Below are positions 7,886 through 16,299 of a stretch of DNA of 36,779 bases, piece by piece. Both the position numbers and the translations under genes were made by a program. Numbering within the stretch: the first letter of the stretch is position 1; each line of letters starts with the position of its first letter. This DNA is from an uncultured Gammaproteobacteria bacterium (lineage in GTDB: Bacteria; Patescibacteriota; Patescibacteriia; Magasanikbacterales; UBA922): assembly GCA_964412535.1 (NCBI GenBank), contig CAYPPF010000005.1:4190-40968 (forward strand). The letters are read 5' to 3'. The notes under the pieces were generated by a model, which was not told the DNA's origin, did not search any database, and saw only the letters and a list, made by a program, of their open reading frames with translations.

Positions 7886-7914
7886 AGTGTAGCAAACGCG
7901 TTTATTTTTGTCAA
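7886..7914 (-). promoter_or_regulatory. sigma70-type promoter (minus strand) of the tRNA-Phe unit
   Basis: The minus strand reads TTGACA (7914-7909), 17-nt spacer, TACACT (7891-7886), about 30 nt upstream of the tRNA 5' end. Confidence 0.6.
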
Positions 7915-7975
7915 GTGACTGTGGATTATTTGTTTTTATTGCCTTATTCCCCTTAATTTGGTAATATATATGTGT

Positions 7976-8716
7976 ATGTTAATAACTATTTGGCATGATT
8001 TTTTATACCAGCCAGTGTTTAATCTGTTGATTTGGATATATAATAACTGGGCAGGTGCTAACTTGGGCTGGGCAGTAGTGTATTTGACAATAGTTCTTAG
8101 GGTTGTCTTGCTTCCTTTTACCTTGATCAGTGAAAAAAACAGGGTGAAAAACCTAAAATTGAACAAGGATATAATGCGGATTGACAAAGAGTTGAATAAT
8201 GATCCAGTATTGAAAAAAGAAGAGATACGAAAGGTGTTGAAAAGTCGCAAGGTAAAGCCTTGGAGCAAGATAGTAGTATTGGGCGTACAGGCCCTTGTTT
8301 TGGTTCTCTTGTACCAGGTGTTCTTGCGAGGTATTACTGGTGAGAAGATCCTAAAGATCCTATACTCTTTTGTAGATTTTCCAGGGAAGATAAATACGGT
8401 TTTCTTTGGTTTTGAACTAGGAGCAGATCATGATTTAGTGTGGTCAGGAGTGGTTGGTATTTTCCTTTTAATAGAGATATACATGGAGTTTCGCAAGCGT
8501 AAGCTTGGTCTGGCTAAAGCAGATATGTACTATTTCTTGGTTTTCCCTTTAGCGAGTTTTGTGATATTATGGATGTTGCCAATGGTGAAGTCGTTGTTCA
8601 TCTTGACATCTTTGATAATTTCTGTTATAATCCACCAGTTTAGTAGACTAATTTTTAGGCCTAAAAAGGCCAAGGCTAAATCAAAAGCTAAATCATCTTA
8701 TCAACCAAATTTATGA
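7976..8716 (+). CDS. yidC: YidC/Oxa1-family membrane protein insertase (short form)
   Basis: FLYQPVFNLLIWIYN...NLGWAVVYLTIVLRVVLLPFTL is a typical YidC core start, followed by multiple TMs and a basic C-tail (KKAKAKSKAK). The start is uncertain (TTG 7958, ATG 7970 or ATG 7976). A TTGCCT-17-TAATAT promoter (7939-7967) would make the 7976 start nearly leaderless. Confidence 0.8.
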   Translation: MLITIWHDFLYQPVFNLLIWIYNNWAGANLGWAVVYLTIVLRVVLLPFTLISEKNRVKNLKLNKDIMRIDKELNNDPVLKKEEIRKVLKSRKVKPWSKIVVLGVQALVLVLLYQVFLRGITGEKILKILYSFVDFPGKINTVFFGFELGADHDLVWSGVVGIFLLIEIYMEFRKRKLGLAKADMYYFLVFPLASFVILWMLPMVKSLFILTSLIISVIIHQFSRLIFRPKKAKAKSKAKSSYQPNL

Positions 8717-9303
8717 GTGAATCTTTAGACAAGTTAATGTACTCCTTTGTAATGGAGGACGTTCTCAAGGGTGTATTCATATATGTTCCTCCTGGATATG
8801 TAGCATGTGTATATGATTTAGGTAGGGGAGTACTAAAAAAGGTACTGACCCCAGGCCTCCATTTAAAGATTCCTTTCTGGCAAAAGGCAAAGCTTTTCAA
8901 TACCCAGACTTTGGAATATAGTATTTCTAGGGAGTTTAATCCAGAAAATGAAAAAGCTATGGGAGATATCCCCATCGCTGCTGTCACTCAGGATGGCAAG
9001 AGAATTGGAGTAGAAGGTACTGTACTGCTTCGCTTAGACATTCATCAGATTCCAGCTATTTGGCAGACTATTGGAGAGGATTTTGTGGCTAAGATTATTC
9101 GCCCTACGGTAAGGAGTAGAATACGAATGGTGATGAGTAAGTTTGATAGGCAAGATATAGTAGGGGCAAAAAGAGATGCAGTGGAGACTGAATTAAAGAA
9201 CGAATTAGAAAGAATTTTCTATTCTAGAGGTATTTATGTAGAAAATGTGTTGTTAAGTGAGATAGCTGATGTAGAAGATTACAAGAGAACAGCCAAAAAA
9301 TAG
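8713..9303 (+). CDS. SPFH/Band-7 (prohibitin/HflC-like) domain protein
   Basis: PGLHLKIPFWQKAKLFNTQTLEYS ... VTQDGKRIGVEGTVLLRLD ... IIRPTVRSRIRMVMSKF. The ATGA start/stop overlap with yidC suggests an operon. Confidence 0.8.
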   Translation: MSESLDKLMYSFVMEDVLKGVFIYVPPGYVACVYDLGRGVLKKVLTPGLHLKIPFWQKAKLFNTQTLEYSISREFNPENEKAMGDIPIAAVTQDGKRIGVEGTVLLRLDIHQIPAIWQTIGEDFVAKIIRPTVRSRIRMVMSKFDRQDIVGAKRDAVETELKNELERIFYSRGIYVENVLLSEIADVEDYKRTAKK

Positions 9304-9313
9304 AATCAATATA

Positions 9314-9341
9314 AAAACTCACCTACTAAGGTGAGTTTTTT
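9314..9341 (+). terminator. intrinsic terminator after the SPFH gene
   Basis: CTCACC-TACTAA-GGTGAG (9318-9335) followed by TTTTTT. Confidence 0.7.
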
Positions 9342-9428
9342 GTTATATAAAAACAATTCAGCCCTAGATACCAGTGGTATCCAGGGCCGGGATAGGGACA
9401 GCTAGGTTCGAGTGGTACTCGAAGCTGG

Positions 9429-9998
9429 CTAGTCGAGAATGGCGTTGGGTTTGCAGGCGAACATTTCCAGGAAATTCATTGTGGCGCGCTTCATTGCTGA
9501 GCTGAGTTCAGGACTCATGGAGATGGCTTCAGCCTTTACATCTCTCATCAGCAACAGGTCGGCCAGAGTCTCCAGGTCACTTTCTTCCTGCTTGCGCTGG
9601 ACACCTTCTTCGTTCATGAGGTCGTTCAGACGAACCAGCGCTGTGAAGTAGAACGGGATTGCCGTGTCATCAGGCATGTCTCCGAGAGTGGGGTGACAGG
9701 CCACGGTAGCAAGCCAGTATAACAGGATTTCACCACTGTTTGTTGGCCAAACTACCTGTTCGCGCACCTGGTCTATCAGCCGCCTGAAGTAGCCCAAGCT
9801 GACGTCGTTGATGTTTTTTTCTTCCGCGATTTTGCGCCAGAGGCTACCTAGCTGGAAGTCGACAAGTAACACCAACTTGTCTTTTCCTCCGCTTCCCAGC
9901 ATTTGGGAGAGGTAGTTGAGAGTTCGGGTGGCACCCATACCTGGTGTGGCTTTACCTGCCATTTTTTTGAGGGCCTCTGTCAAAGTACTTGTCTTCAT
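9429..9998 (-). CDS. hypothetical protein, G+C-rich orphan gene (probable horizontal acquisition)
   Basis: 189-aa ORF with a strong SD (GAGGAGG, complement of 10003-10009) 5-6 nt before the ATG. Line 9541-9600 has 34/60 G+C. I recognised no family motif. Confidence 0.7.
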   Translation of the reverse strand: MKTSTLTEALKKMAGKATPGMGATRTLNYLSQMLGSGGKDKLVLLVDFQLGSLWRKIAEEKNINDVSLGYFRRLIDQVREQVVWPTNSGEILLYWLATVACHPTLGDMPDDTAIPFYFTALVRLNDLMNEEGVQRKQEESDLETLADLLLMRDVKAEAISMSPELSSAMKRATMNFLEMFACKPNAILD

Positions 9999-10035
9999 AG
10001 TTCCTCCTCAGGTTGTCAAGACAATTTGTGACCGT

Positions 10036-10064
10036 AGCTTAGCAATTTTTTATGTATCTGTCAA
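10036..10064 (-). promoter_or_regulatory. candidate promoter of the 9429..9998 gene
   Basis: The minus strand reads TTGACA (10064-10059), 17-nt spacer, TAAGCT (10041-10036). Confidence 0.4.
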
Positions 10065-10087
10065 GGGTGAGTAGGGTAGTGGAGATG

Positions 10088-10096
10088 TGTGGATAA
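10088..10096 (+). promoter_or_regulatory. perfect DnaA-box 9-mer (TGTGGATAA = complement of TTATCCACA)
   Basis: Exact match to the consensus, 8 nt upstream of the hrcA -35 box. The same 9-mer recurs at 26203-26211 and 27423-27431. Confidence 0.3.
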
Positions 10097-10104
10097 CTAG
10101 ATAT

Positions 10105-10133
10105 TTGACATATTATACAGTAAGTGATATATT
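10105..10133 (+). promoter_or_regulatory. sigma70-type promoter of the heat-shock operon
   Basis: TTGACA (10105-10110), 17-nt spacer, TATATT (10128-10133). It abuts the CIRCE operator. Confidence 0.7.
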
Positions 10134-10158
10134 ATCACTCAAGATATAGGAGTGCTAA
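10132..10158. promoter_or_regulatory. CIRCE operator (HrcA binding site)
   Basis: TTATCACTC-N9-GAGTGCTAA against consensus TTAGCACTC-N9-GAGTGCTAA, with one mismatch. It sits between the -10 box and the hrcA start. Confidence 0.85.
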
Positions 10159-10163
10159 TTTGT

Positions 10164-10844
10164 ATGGACAAAAGAAAAGAAAAATTGCTCAAATTAGTGG
10201 TGGAAAACTACGTAAAAAAGGCCGAGCCAGTTGGGTCTAAGTTTTTGGTGGAAACTAGTGAATTAGGGGTAAGTGGGGCTACAATCAGGAATGAAATGCG
10301 TGATTTGGAAGAGGCTGGGTATTTGACCCACCCCCACACTTCAGCTGGCAGGATGCCAACCGAGGCTGGATACAAGTACTATGTTGAGAATATTATGAAG
10401 CCAGTTGGAGTAAAGGGAAAGATAAAGGATTCGTTAAAAGAGTTGCTAGGAAAGAAAGGAGAGCCAGATAGTTTGAAAAAAGCTGGTAAAATGGTTGCTG
10501 GATTAAGTAATAGTGCTGTAATACTAGCTCTTGGTCCGGATAGCATATACTACACTGGTATTTCTAATTTGTTTTCTCAGCCAGAGTTTCAGGACTATTT
10601 CCATGTAGTGAATTTTTCTAGCATTTTTGATCAGTGTGAAGAAAAGATGGAAGATTTGTTTAGTTTGGTAGAGGGCGAGGAGACTCATGTTTTCGTTGGT
10701 AGTGACAATCCTTTAGGGAGCTCTTGCAGTTTAGTTGCTTCTAGGGTGAAAGGTGATGGATTGTTTGTGCTAATGGGGCCAATGAGAATGGACTATAATG
10801 TAAACATTGGATTAATTAACTATATTTCTCAGATATATGCATAA
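10164..10844 (+). CDS. hrcA: heat-inducible transcription repressor HrcA (short form)
   Basis: KLLKLVVENYVKKAEPVGSKFL ... GVSGATIRNEMRDLEEAGYLTHPHTSAGRMPTEAGYKYYV. Trimmed to the ATG at 10164, because the GTG at 10152 lies inside CIRCE. Confidence 0.9.
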   Translation: MDKRKEKLLKLVVENYVKKAEPVGSKFLVETSELGVSGATIRNEMRDLEEAGYLTHPHTSAGRMPTEAGYKYYVENIMKPVGVKGKIKDSLKELLGKKGEPDSLKKAGKMVAGLSNSAVILALGPDSIYYTGISNLFSQPEFQDYFHVVNFSSIFDQCEEKMEDLFSLVEGEETHVFVGSDNPLGSSCSLVASRVKGDGLFVLMGPMRMDYNVNIGLINYISQIYA

Positions 10845-11724
10845 TGAGAAGACAAGACCTAGTGTTACTGCTGGGTTGTATATTATGAACAAAAATGGTG
10901 AGATATTGATGACCCGAGGTACCAAGTGGAAGAACAAGTGGGTGCCGATTGCAGGACATGTAGAATATGGTGAAACAGTTGAAGAAACAGTAGTAAGGGA
11001 GGCTAAAGAAGAGTTAGGGTTAGATGTGGGTAATGTAGAGTTGCTAACTGTTGTTGATTTGATTGAGCCTGAGGATTTTACCCCTCGCAAGGATCATTTT
11101 GTTGGCTTGCAATACAGGGCCGAATTGATTGATTCCAATCAAGAGATTGTGATGAATCATGAGAGTTCTGAATATGCATGGAAAAAGCCGGAAGATATTG
11201 TGAAGGACGAAGAGGTGGAAGAAAAGACTAGATGGGTAATAGAGAACTTTCTAGTGGGAAAGAAGTTAAAAAAAGGATTACTCCGCAAGTGCAAGAATTG
11301 TGGCAATAAAGAAGAGGAGGCTAAAGAAGCCAAAGTAGGGTGGCTTCGAGCACAAGCTGATTACCAGAACTTGCAAAAAGAGGTTGAATCTAACAAAAGC
11401 GAGTGGGCTCAATACAGCGAAAGGGTAATACTAGAGGAGTTCATCCCTGTATATGATAATTTCAAGAAGGCTTTTGCCGTAGAGGGAGAAGTAAATGAAG
11501 AGTGGAAAAAGGGGATTGAATATATCATGAAACAGTTTGCTGATATTTTGAAGCAGCATGGAGTGGAGGAGATAAAGAGTGTGGGGGAGAAGTTTGATCC
11601 TGAATTCCATGAAGCTGTGGGAGAGGAAGAGGGTGAATCAGGAGTGGTTGTAAAGGAAGTGGATCCTGGTTATATGATTAAAAATAAAGTTTTGAAAATA
11701 ACTAAAGTAATCGTGGGTAAATAA
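10837..11724 (+). CDS. grpE: Nudix hydrolase - GrpE fusion protein
   Basis: The N-terminal half has a perfect Nudix box GHVEYGETVEETVVREAKEELGL (GX5EX7REUXEEXGU). The C-terminal ~130 aa is GrpE-like (LRAQADYQNLQKEVE ... FIPVYDNFKKAF ... FDPEFHEAVGEEE ... GYMIKNKVLKITKVIVG). It is one uninterrupted frame in the grpE position of the operon. Confidence 0.85.
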   Translation: MHNEKTRPSVTAGLYIMNKNGEILMTRGTKWKNKWVPIAGHVEYGETVEETVVREAKEELGLDVGNVELLTVVDLIEPEDFTPRKDHFVGLQYRAELIDSNQEIVMNHESSEYAWKKPEDIVKDEEVEEKTRWVIENFLVGKKLKKGLLRKCKNCGNKEEEAKEAKVGWLRAQADYQNLQKEVESNKSEWAQYSERVILEEFIPVYDNFKKAFAVEGEVNEEWKKGIEYIMKQFADILKQHGVEEIKSVGEKFDPEFHEAVGEEEGESGVVVKEVDPGYMIKNKVLKITKVIVGK

Positions 11725-11757
11725 TACTTTTTACCACGATATTAACTAATTATATCT

Positions 11758-12186
11758 ATGTCAATAATTCGTTGGTCTCCTGCGTGGGATCCATTTGAGG
11801 AGATGATTAACAATCTGCCGGCAATGCGTGGTAGATCTCAAGTTTTCGCTCCTGCTATGGATGTGTATGACAAGAAGGATGCAGTTGTAGTAGAAACATC
11901 GTTAGCTGGTGTAAAGCCAGAAGAAGTGGAAGTAAGTGTGGAAAATAGGATCTTGACCGTACAAGGCGAGTCTAAAAAAGAGCATGAGGTGGATGAAAAG
12001 AACTACTATCGTAAAGAAGTACGAAGCGGTTCTTTCTACCGTCAGGTTGCCTTACCTGCTGCGGTAAAGGAAGACAAAGTGAGTGCTGAATTCAAGAATG
12101 GTGTTTTGACCATCACTTGCCCTAAGGCCAGTGCTGTAAAGGCAAAGAAAATAAATGTGAAGGTGGTTAAGAAATCTAGTAAATAA
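11758..12186 (+). CDS. Hsp20/alpha-crystallin small heat-shock protein
   Basis: 142 aa. Contains PAMDVYDKKDAVVVETSLAGVKPEEVEVSVENRILTVQGE ... FYRQVALP ... AEFKNGVLTI. Confidence 0.9.
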   Translation: MSIIRWSPAWDPFEEMINNLPAMRGRSQVFAPAMDVYDKKDAVVVETSLAGVKPEEVEVSVENRILTVQGESKKEHEVDEKNYYRKEVRSGSFYRQVALPAAVKEDKVSAEFKNGVLTITCPKASAVKAKKINVKVVKKSSK

Positions 12187-12207
12187 TTAATATAACATTA
12201 AAATAAT

Positions 12208-14160
12208 ATGGGAAAGATTCTCGGAATCGATCTTGGTACTACTAACTCATGTATGGCAATCGTAGAAGGTGGTCAGCCCAGAGTGTTGGAAAACAAAGAG
12301 GGCAATAGAACCACTCCTTCAGTAGTTGCCATGTCAAAGACTGGAGAACGTTTGGTTGGTCAGTTGGCAAAAAGACAGGCTGTTACTAATCCTACTAACA
12401 CTCTTCATTCAATTAAGCGCTTAATTGGTCGTCGCTTTAATGATCCTGAAGTAGAGGAGATTAAAAAGCACGCACCATTTGAAATTATTCCAGACAATGA
12501 TCGCTTGAAAGTAAAGATGAGCGACAAGGAATATACAATTCCAGAAATGTCTGCCATGGTGTTGCAAAAGCTAAAAGCTGATGCAGAAGAACGTTTGGGA
12601 GAGAAAATTGAGGAGGCAGTAATTACTGTACCTGCATACTTTGACGATTCTCAACGACAGGCTACTAAGGCTGCTGGAGAGATTGCTGGATTGAAAGTTG
12701 CTAGGATTATCAACGAACCTACTGCAGCTGCTTTTGCATACGGTTTTGACAAAGAAAAAGATCAGCAAGTGGCTGTGTATGACCTGGGTGGTGGTACTTT
12801 TGATATTTCAATCTTGGATATTTCACATGATAAGGAGGATGGTAATTCTACTGTGGAAGTGAAATCTACTAATGGAGATACTCATTTAGGTGGTGATGAT
12901 TTTGATCAGAAGATTATTGAATGGATTTTAGATGAGTTTAAGAAGGTAGAAGGGGTTGATTTGGGAAAAGACCCACTATCACTGCAAAGAGTGAAAGATG
13001 CTGCTGAAAAGGCTAAAATAGAGCTCTCAAGCACTCCTGAGACTGAAATTAACGAGCCTTTCATCACTTCTGGTGCAGAAGGTCCTAAACATCTAAACCT
13101 AAAGCTCTCTCGTTCTAAATTAGAAGAGTTGGTAGGGGATTTAGTAGAAAAAACAATGGTTCCTGTGCAAAAGTCTTTGAATGATGCTGGCTTCAAAAAA
13201 GAAGATATTGAAGAAGTGATTTTGGTTGGAGGAATGACTAGAATGCCTTTAGTACAAAAGAAAGTGGAAGAGTTTTTTGGAAAGAAACCCCATGTTGGTG
13301 TTAACCCCGATGAAGTGGTTGCTACTGGAGCAGCTATTCAAGCTGGTCAGTTGCAGGGCGATCTAGGAAAAGACATCCTTTTACTTGATGTCACTCCACT
13401 GTCATTTGGTATTGAAACCTTGGGCGGAGTAATGACTAAGTTAATTGATCGCAATAGTACTATTCCTACTAGCAAGACTCAAACTTTTTCTACGGCTGCT
13501 GATAATCAGCCTAGTGTAGAGATACATGTATTGCAGGGAGAGAGAGAAATGGCCCCAGATAACAAGACCCTTGGTAGGTTCATGCTCGATGGTCTTCCTC
13601 CTGCACCTAGGGGCTTACCTCAGATTGAAGTTAGTTTTGACATTGATGCTAATGGTATACTAAATGTGAAAGCAGTTGACAAGGCAACTAGCAAAGAACA
13701 GTCAATTCGCATTGAAGCATCTTCTGGATTAAGTGATGAAGAGATTGAAAAGATGAAAAAGGATGCAGAAACTCATGCTGACGAAGACAAGAAAAAAAGA
13801 GAAATGATTGATGTGAAGAATACAGCTGATACTATGGTATATACTACAGAAAAGATGATGAAAGACGTGGAGGAGAAAAAGATAGATGTTAGTGATGAAG
13901 AAAAGAAAAAGGTAGAAGAGGCTCTCGCTAAGTTAAAAGAGGTCAAAGACAAGGATGATGTAGAGGAGATTAAAAAGGTTTCTGAAGAGCTTTCTACAGT
14001 TGCTCAAGCAGTAGGAATGAAGATGTACCAGGCAGAACAGCAAGCAGCTGGAAAAGCTGATGAAAATAAAGAGGGCGAGGAGAAGAAAGACGATGGTGGG
14101 GAGAAGAAAGACGATGGTGAAGCAGTAGAGGGTGAGGTTGTAGACGAGGAAAAGAAATAA
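12208..14160 (+). CDS. dnaK: molecular chaperone DnaK (Hsp70)
   Basis: [28 protein letters not shown] and the full-length Hsp70 layout with an acidic C-tail. Confidence 0.98.
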   Translation: MGKILGIDLGTTNSCMAIVEGGQPRVLENKEGNRTTPSVVAMSKTGERLVGQLAKRQAVTNPTNTLHSIKRLIGRRFNDPEVEEIKKHAPFEIIPDNDRLKVKMSDKEYTIPEMSAMVLQKLKADAEERLGEKIEEAVITVPAYFDDSQRQATKAAGEIAGLKVARIINEPTAAAFAYGFDKEKDQQVAVYDLGGGTFDISILDISHDKEDGNSTVEVKSTNGDTHLGGDDFDQKIIEWILDEFKKVEGVDLGKDPLSLQRVKDAAEKAKIELSSTPETEINEPFITSGAEGPKHLNLKLSRSKLEELVGDLVEKTMVPVQKSLNDAGFKKEDIEEVILVGGMTRMPLVQKKVEEFFGKKPHVGVNPDEVVATGAAIQAGQLQGDLGKDILLLDVTPLSFGIETLGGVMTKLIDRNSTIPTSKTQTFSTAADNQPSVEIHVLQGEREMAPDNKTLGRFMLDGLPPAPRGLPQIEVSFDIDANGILNVKAVDKATSKEQSIRIEASSGLSDEEIEKMKKDAETHADEDKKKREMIDVKNTADTMVYTTEKMMKDVEEKKIDVSDEEKKKVEEALAKLKEVKDKDDVEEIKKVSEELSTVAQAVGMKMYQAEQQAAGKADENKEGEEKKDDGGEKKDDGEAVEGEVVDEEKK

Positions 14161-14214
14161 TTTATATTACACAGGTGTTGGAGCGGGTAGTTATCCGCTC
14201 CTTACCGTTTGCAT

Positions 14215-15306
14215 ATGGGAAAGGACTACTACAAAATACTAGGCGTTGACAAGAGTACTGAAAAAGAAGCTATAAAGAAAGCTTTTAGAAAGTTAGCGCA
14301 CAAATACCATCCAGACAAAAAAGATGGTGACGAAGCCAAGTTCAAAGAAGTGAATGAGGCTTTTCAGGTATTAGGAGATGACAAGAAACGTCAGCAGTAT
14401 GATCAGTTTGGGGCCACCTTTGATCAACAGGGTGGTTTTGGTGGTGGTGCTAATTGGGAGGACTTTATGAATGCTGCTAGAGGGGGACAGGGTTTTTCAG
14501 GCTTTAATGCTGGTGGGATGGATTTTACTGATTTGTTTGGTGATATTTTTGGCTTTGGTGGCAAGAGAGGTGGTAGGACTAGTAGAGGCAATGATGTACA
14601 AGTCGATTTACAGCTAGATTTCCGTGAGGCAGTGTTTGGCGTTGAAAAAGAAATTAATCTCCTTAAAAACAACCCGTGTGATGTTTGTAGTGGAAAAGGA
14701 AACGAGCCAGGTAGTGAATTAAAGGATTGTGTTGATTGCAAAGGCCAGGGACAAGTGCGTCACGTACAGCAAACCATGCTTGGAGCTATGCAAAGTGTTG
14801 TGAGCTGTCCTAGTTGTCAAGGAGCAGGTAAAGTTCCAGAAAAAATGTGCAAGCATTGTGGGGGAGATGGTATGGTGAGGAGCGATTCAAAATACATGGT
14901 AAAGATCCCAGCTGGGATTGATAATAGCCAGTCTATTCGTTTATCAGGTAAAGGGGAGAGTGCTGGAGTTGGTAGCCATGCTGGCGATTTGTACGTTGTG
15001 GTCCACGTAAGGGAAGAAAAGGGTTTTGAAAGAAGGGGGCATGATATATATACAGAAAGGTATATTAGTTATCCACAGGCTGTGTTAGGGGACAAGATTG
15101 AAATAGACACCTTAGAAGGGGATAAAAAGCTTGTAATACCTCCTGGTACTCAATCACATCAGCAGTTTAAGCTAAAGGGTCTCGGAGTTCCACATCTAAA
15201 TGGAGTGGGAAGGGGAGAACAATATGTGAAAGTGATTGTAAATGTTCCGAAAAAGATGAGTAGAAAGGGAAAAAAGTTGCTTGGAGAACTAAAAGAGGAA
15301 TTGTGA
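14215..15306 (+). CDS. dnaJ: molecular chaperone DnaJ
   Basis: J domain (DYYKILGV ... HPD), G/F-rich linker, four CxxCxGxG zinc motifs and a C-terminal domain. Trimmed to the ATG at 14215. Confidence 0.95.
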   Translation: MGKDYYKILGVDKSTEKEAIKKAFRKLAHKYHPDKKDGDEAKFKEVNEAFQVLGDDKKRQQYDQFGATFDQQGGFGGGANWEDFMNAARGGQGFSGFNAGGMDFTDLFGDIFGFGGKRGGRTSRGNDVQVDLQLDFREAVFGVEKEINLLKNNPCDVCSGKGNEPGSELKDCVDCKGQGQVRHVQQTMLGAMQSVVSCPSCQGAGKVPEKMCKHCGGDGMVRSDSKYMVKIPAGIDNSQSIRLSGKGESAGVGSHAGDLYVVVHVREEKGFERRGHDIYTERYISYPQAVLGDKIEIDTLEGDKKLVIPPGTQSHQQFKLKGLGVPHLNGVGRGEQYVKVIVNVPKKMSRKGKKLLGELKEEL

Positions 15307-15312
15307 TATAAT

Positions 15313-15339
15313 ATACAGCGGTAATACCGCTGTATTTTT
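15313..15339 (+). terminator. intrinsic terminator after dnaJ
   Basis: ATACAGCGG-TAAT-ACCGCTGTAT followed by TTTTT. Confidence 0.7.
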
Positions 15340-15343
15340 CTAT

Positions 15344-15850
15344 ATGGATTTTATTAATTTATTCCCATCTATAGACATATTTATACTTTTTTTATTTGTG
15401 CTTGCAATTGTACTGCATTTAGTTTTTGTTAAAAAGGAAAAGCTCTTGGTGTGTCTTTTATCTGTGTATGTGTCTTTCTTCCTTCTCCTTTTCCTTCCAC
15501 TGTTAGATTCTGTGAAAGAATTTTTAGCAAGCTTCGATTATTTGAAGGTGGGGGTGTTTGTTGGTCTGACATTTGTACTATATATACTATTTTCTTTTAG
15601 TAATTTAGCAAGTTTTTCTCGTAAAATAACTACAGCTAGTTTTACAACTTCTCTTGTGTATAGGGTAGTGATTACTGGTTTCTTTTTTACTGTAGCACTA
15701 TACTTTCTACCTGGTGAAGTAAGGAATAGTTTTGGAGGATTAATACATGTATTGTTTATTAACATGTTTGCTCCATGGGTGTGGTTTTTACTTCCTTTGT
15801 TACTAGCTTTTGGTTATAGGTTTAAGACAAGAAGAGGGTGGATGGAATAA
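15344..15850 (+). CDS. hypothetical polytopic membrane protein
   Basis: 168 aa with about 5 hydrophobic segments. No recognisable motif. Confidence 0.6.
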   Translation: MDFINLFPSIDIFILFLFVLAIVLHLVFVKKEKLLVCLLSVYVSFFLLLFLPLLDSVKEFLASFDYLKVGVFVGLTFVLYILFSFSNLASFSRKITTASFTTSLVYRVVITGFFFTVALYFLPGEVRNSFGGLIHVLFINMFAPWVWFLLPLLLAFGYRFKTRRGWME

Positions 15851-15864
15851 AAGATTATTAAATT

Positions 15865-15891
15865 AAAAAACTCCCTTTTAGGGAGTTTTTT
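15865..15891. terminator. bidirectional terminator between convergent genes
   Basis: AAAAAA-CTCCC-TTTTA-GGGAG-TTTTTT. Confidence 0.7.
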
Positions 15892-15895
15892 GTTT

Positions 15896-16297
15896 CTACT
15901 GTTGATCTAATACCTTATTAACCTCAGCGTCTGCTTCCTTGTTTCCTTCTCGTCTAATGTGTTTAATAGTGATTTTCTTGAATTGTTGCATTGTGTTGTA
16001 TGCTTGGACAAATAATTTTTGTAGCGTAGGTTCTTTTACTTTCCAGTTTCGATTCAATTGTTCGCACACTAATTTGCTGTCAACTATACATTCTACTTCT
16101 TCTGCACCAAGTTCTTTTGCTTTGCTTAGCCCTGAAATTACAGCGGAGTATTCAGCAAAGTTGTTGGTTTGTTCACCAAGGTATTCACCATATGATGCAA
16201 TGATTTTCTTTTTTTCGTCCTTGATAACTACTCCAGTAGCTGCCGGCCCTGGATTTCCTCGTGCCCCTCCGTCAGCAAATATAGTTAGTTTTTTCAT
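15896..16297 (-). CDS. rnhA: ribonuclease HI
   Basis: 133 aa. Contains DGGARGNPGPAATGVVI ... NNFAEYSAVISGL ... DSKLVCEQL ... REGNKEADAEVNK (the DEDD catalytic pattern of RNase H). Confidence 0.9.
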   Translation of the reverse strand: MKKLTIFADGGARGNPGPAATGVVIKDEKKKIIASYGEYLGEQTNNFAEYSAVISGLSKAKELGAEEVECIVDSKLVCEQLNRNWKVKEPTLQKLFVQAYNTMQQFKKITIKHIRREGNKEADAEVNKVLDQQ

Positions 16298-16299
16298 AT

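Noticed and set aside
14078-14119. An imperfect 21-bp tandem duplication, GAGAAGAAAGACGATGGTG(GG/AA), in the dnaK 3' end.
   Set aside because: It is an in-frame duplication within the low-complexity acidic tail ([14 protein letters not shown]), which is common in Hsp70 tails and has no further implication.
7367-14200. A shared 14-mer hairpin, GCGGGTAGTTATCC, at 7367-7380 and 14183-14196 (the dnaK-dnaJ spacer).
   Set aside because: A handful of 14-mer coincidences are expected among all position pairs in 36.8 kb. Beyond the hairpin, the contexts are unrelated. I noted it but did not treat it as a repeat family.
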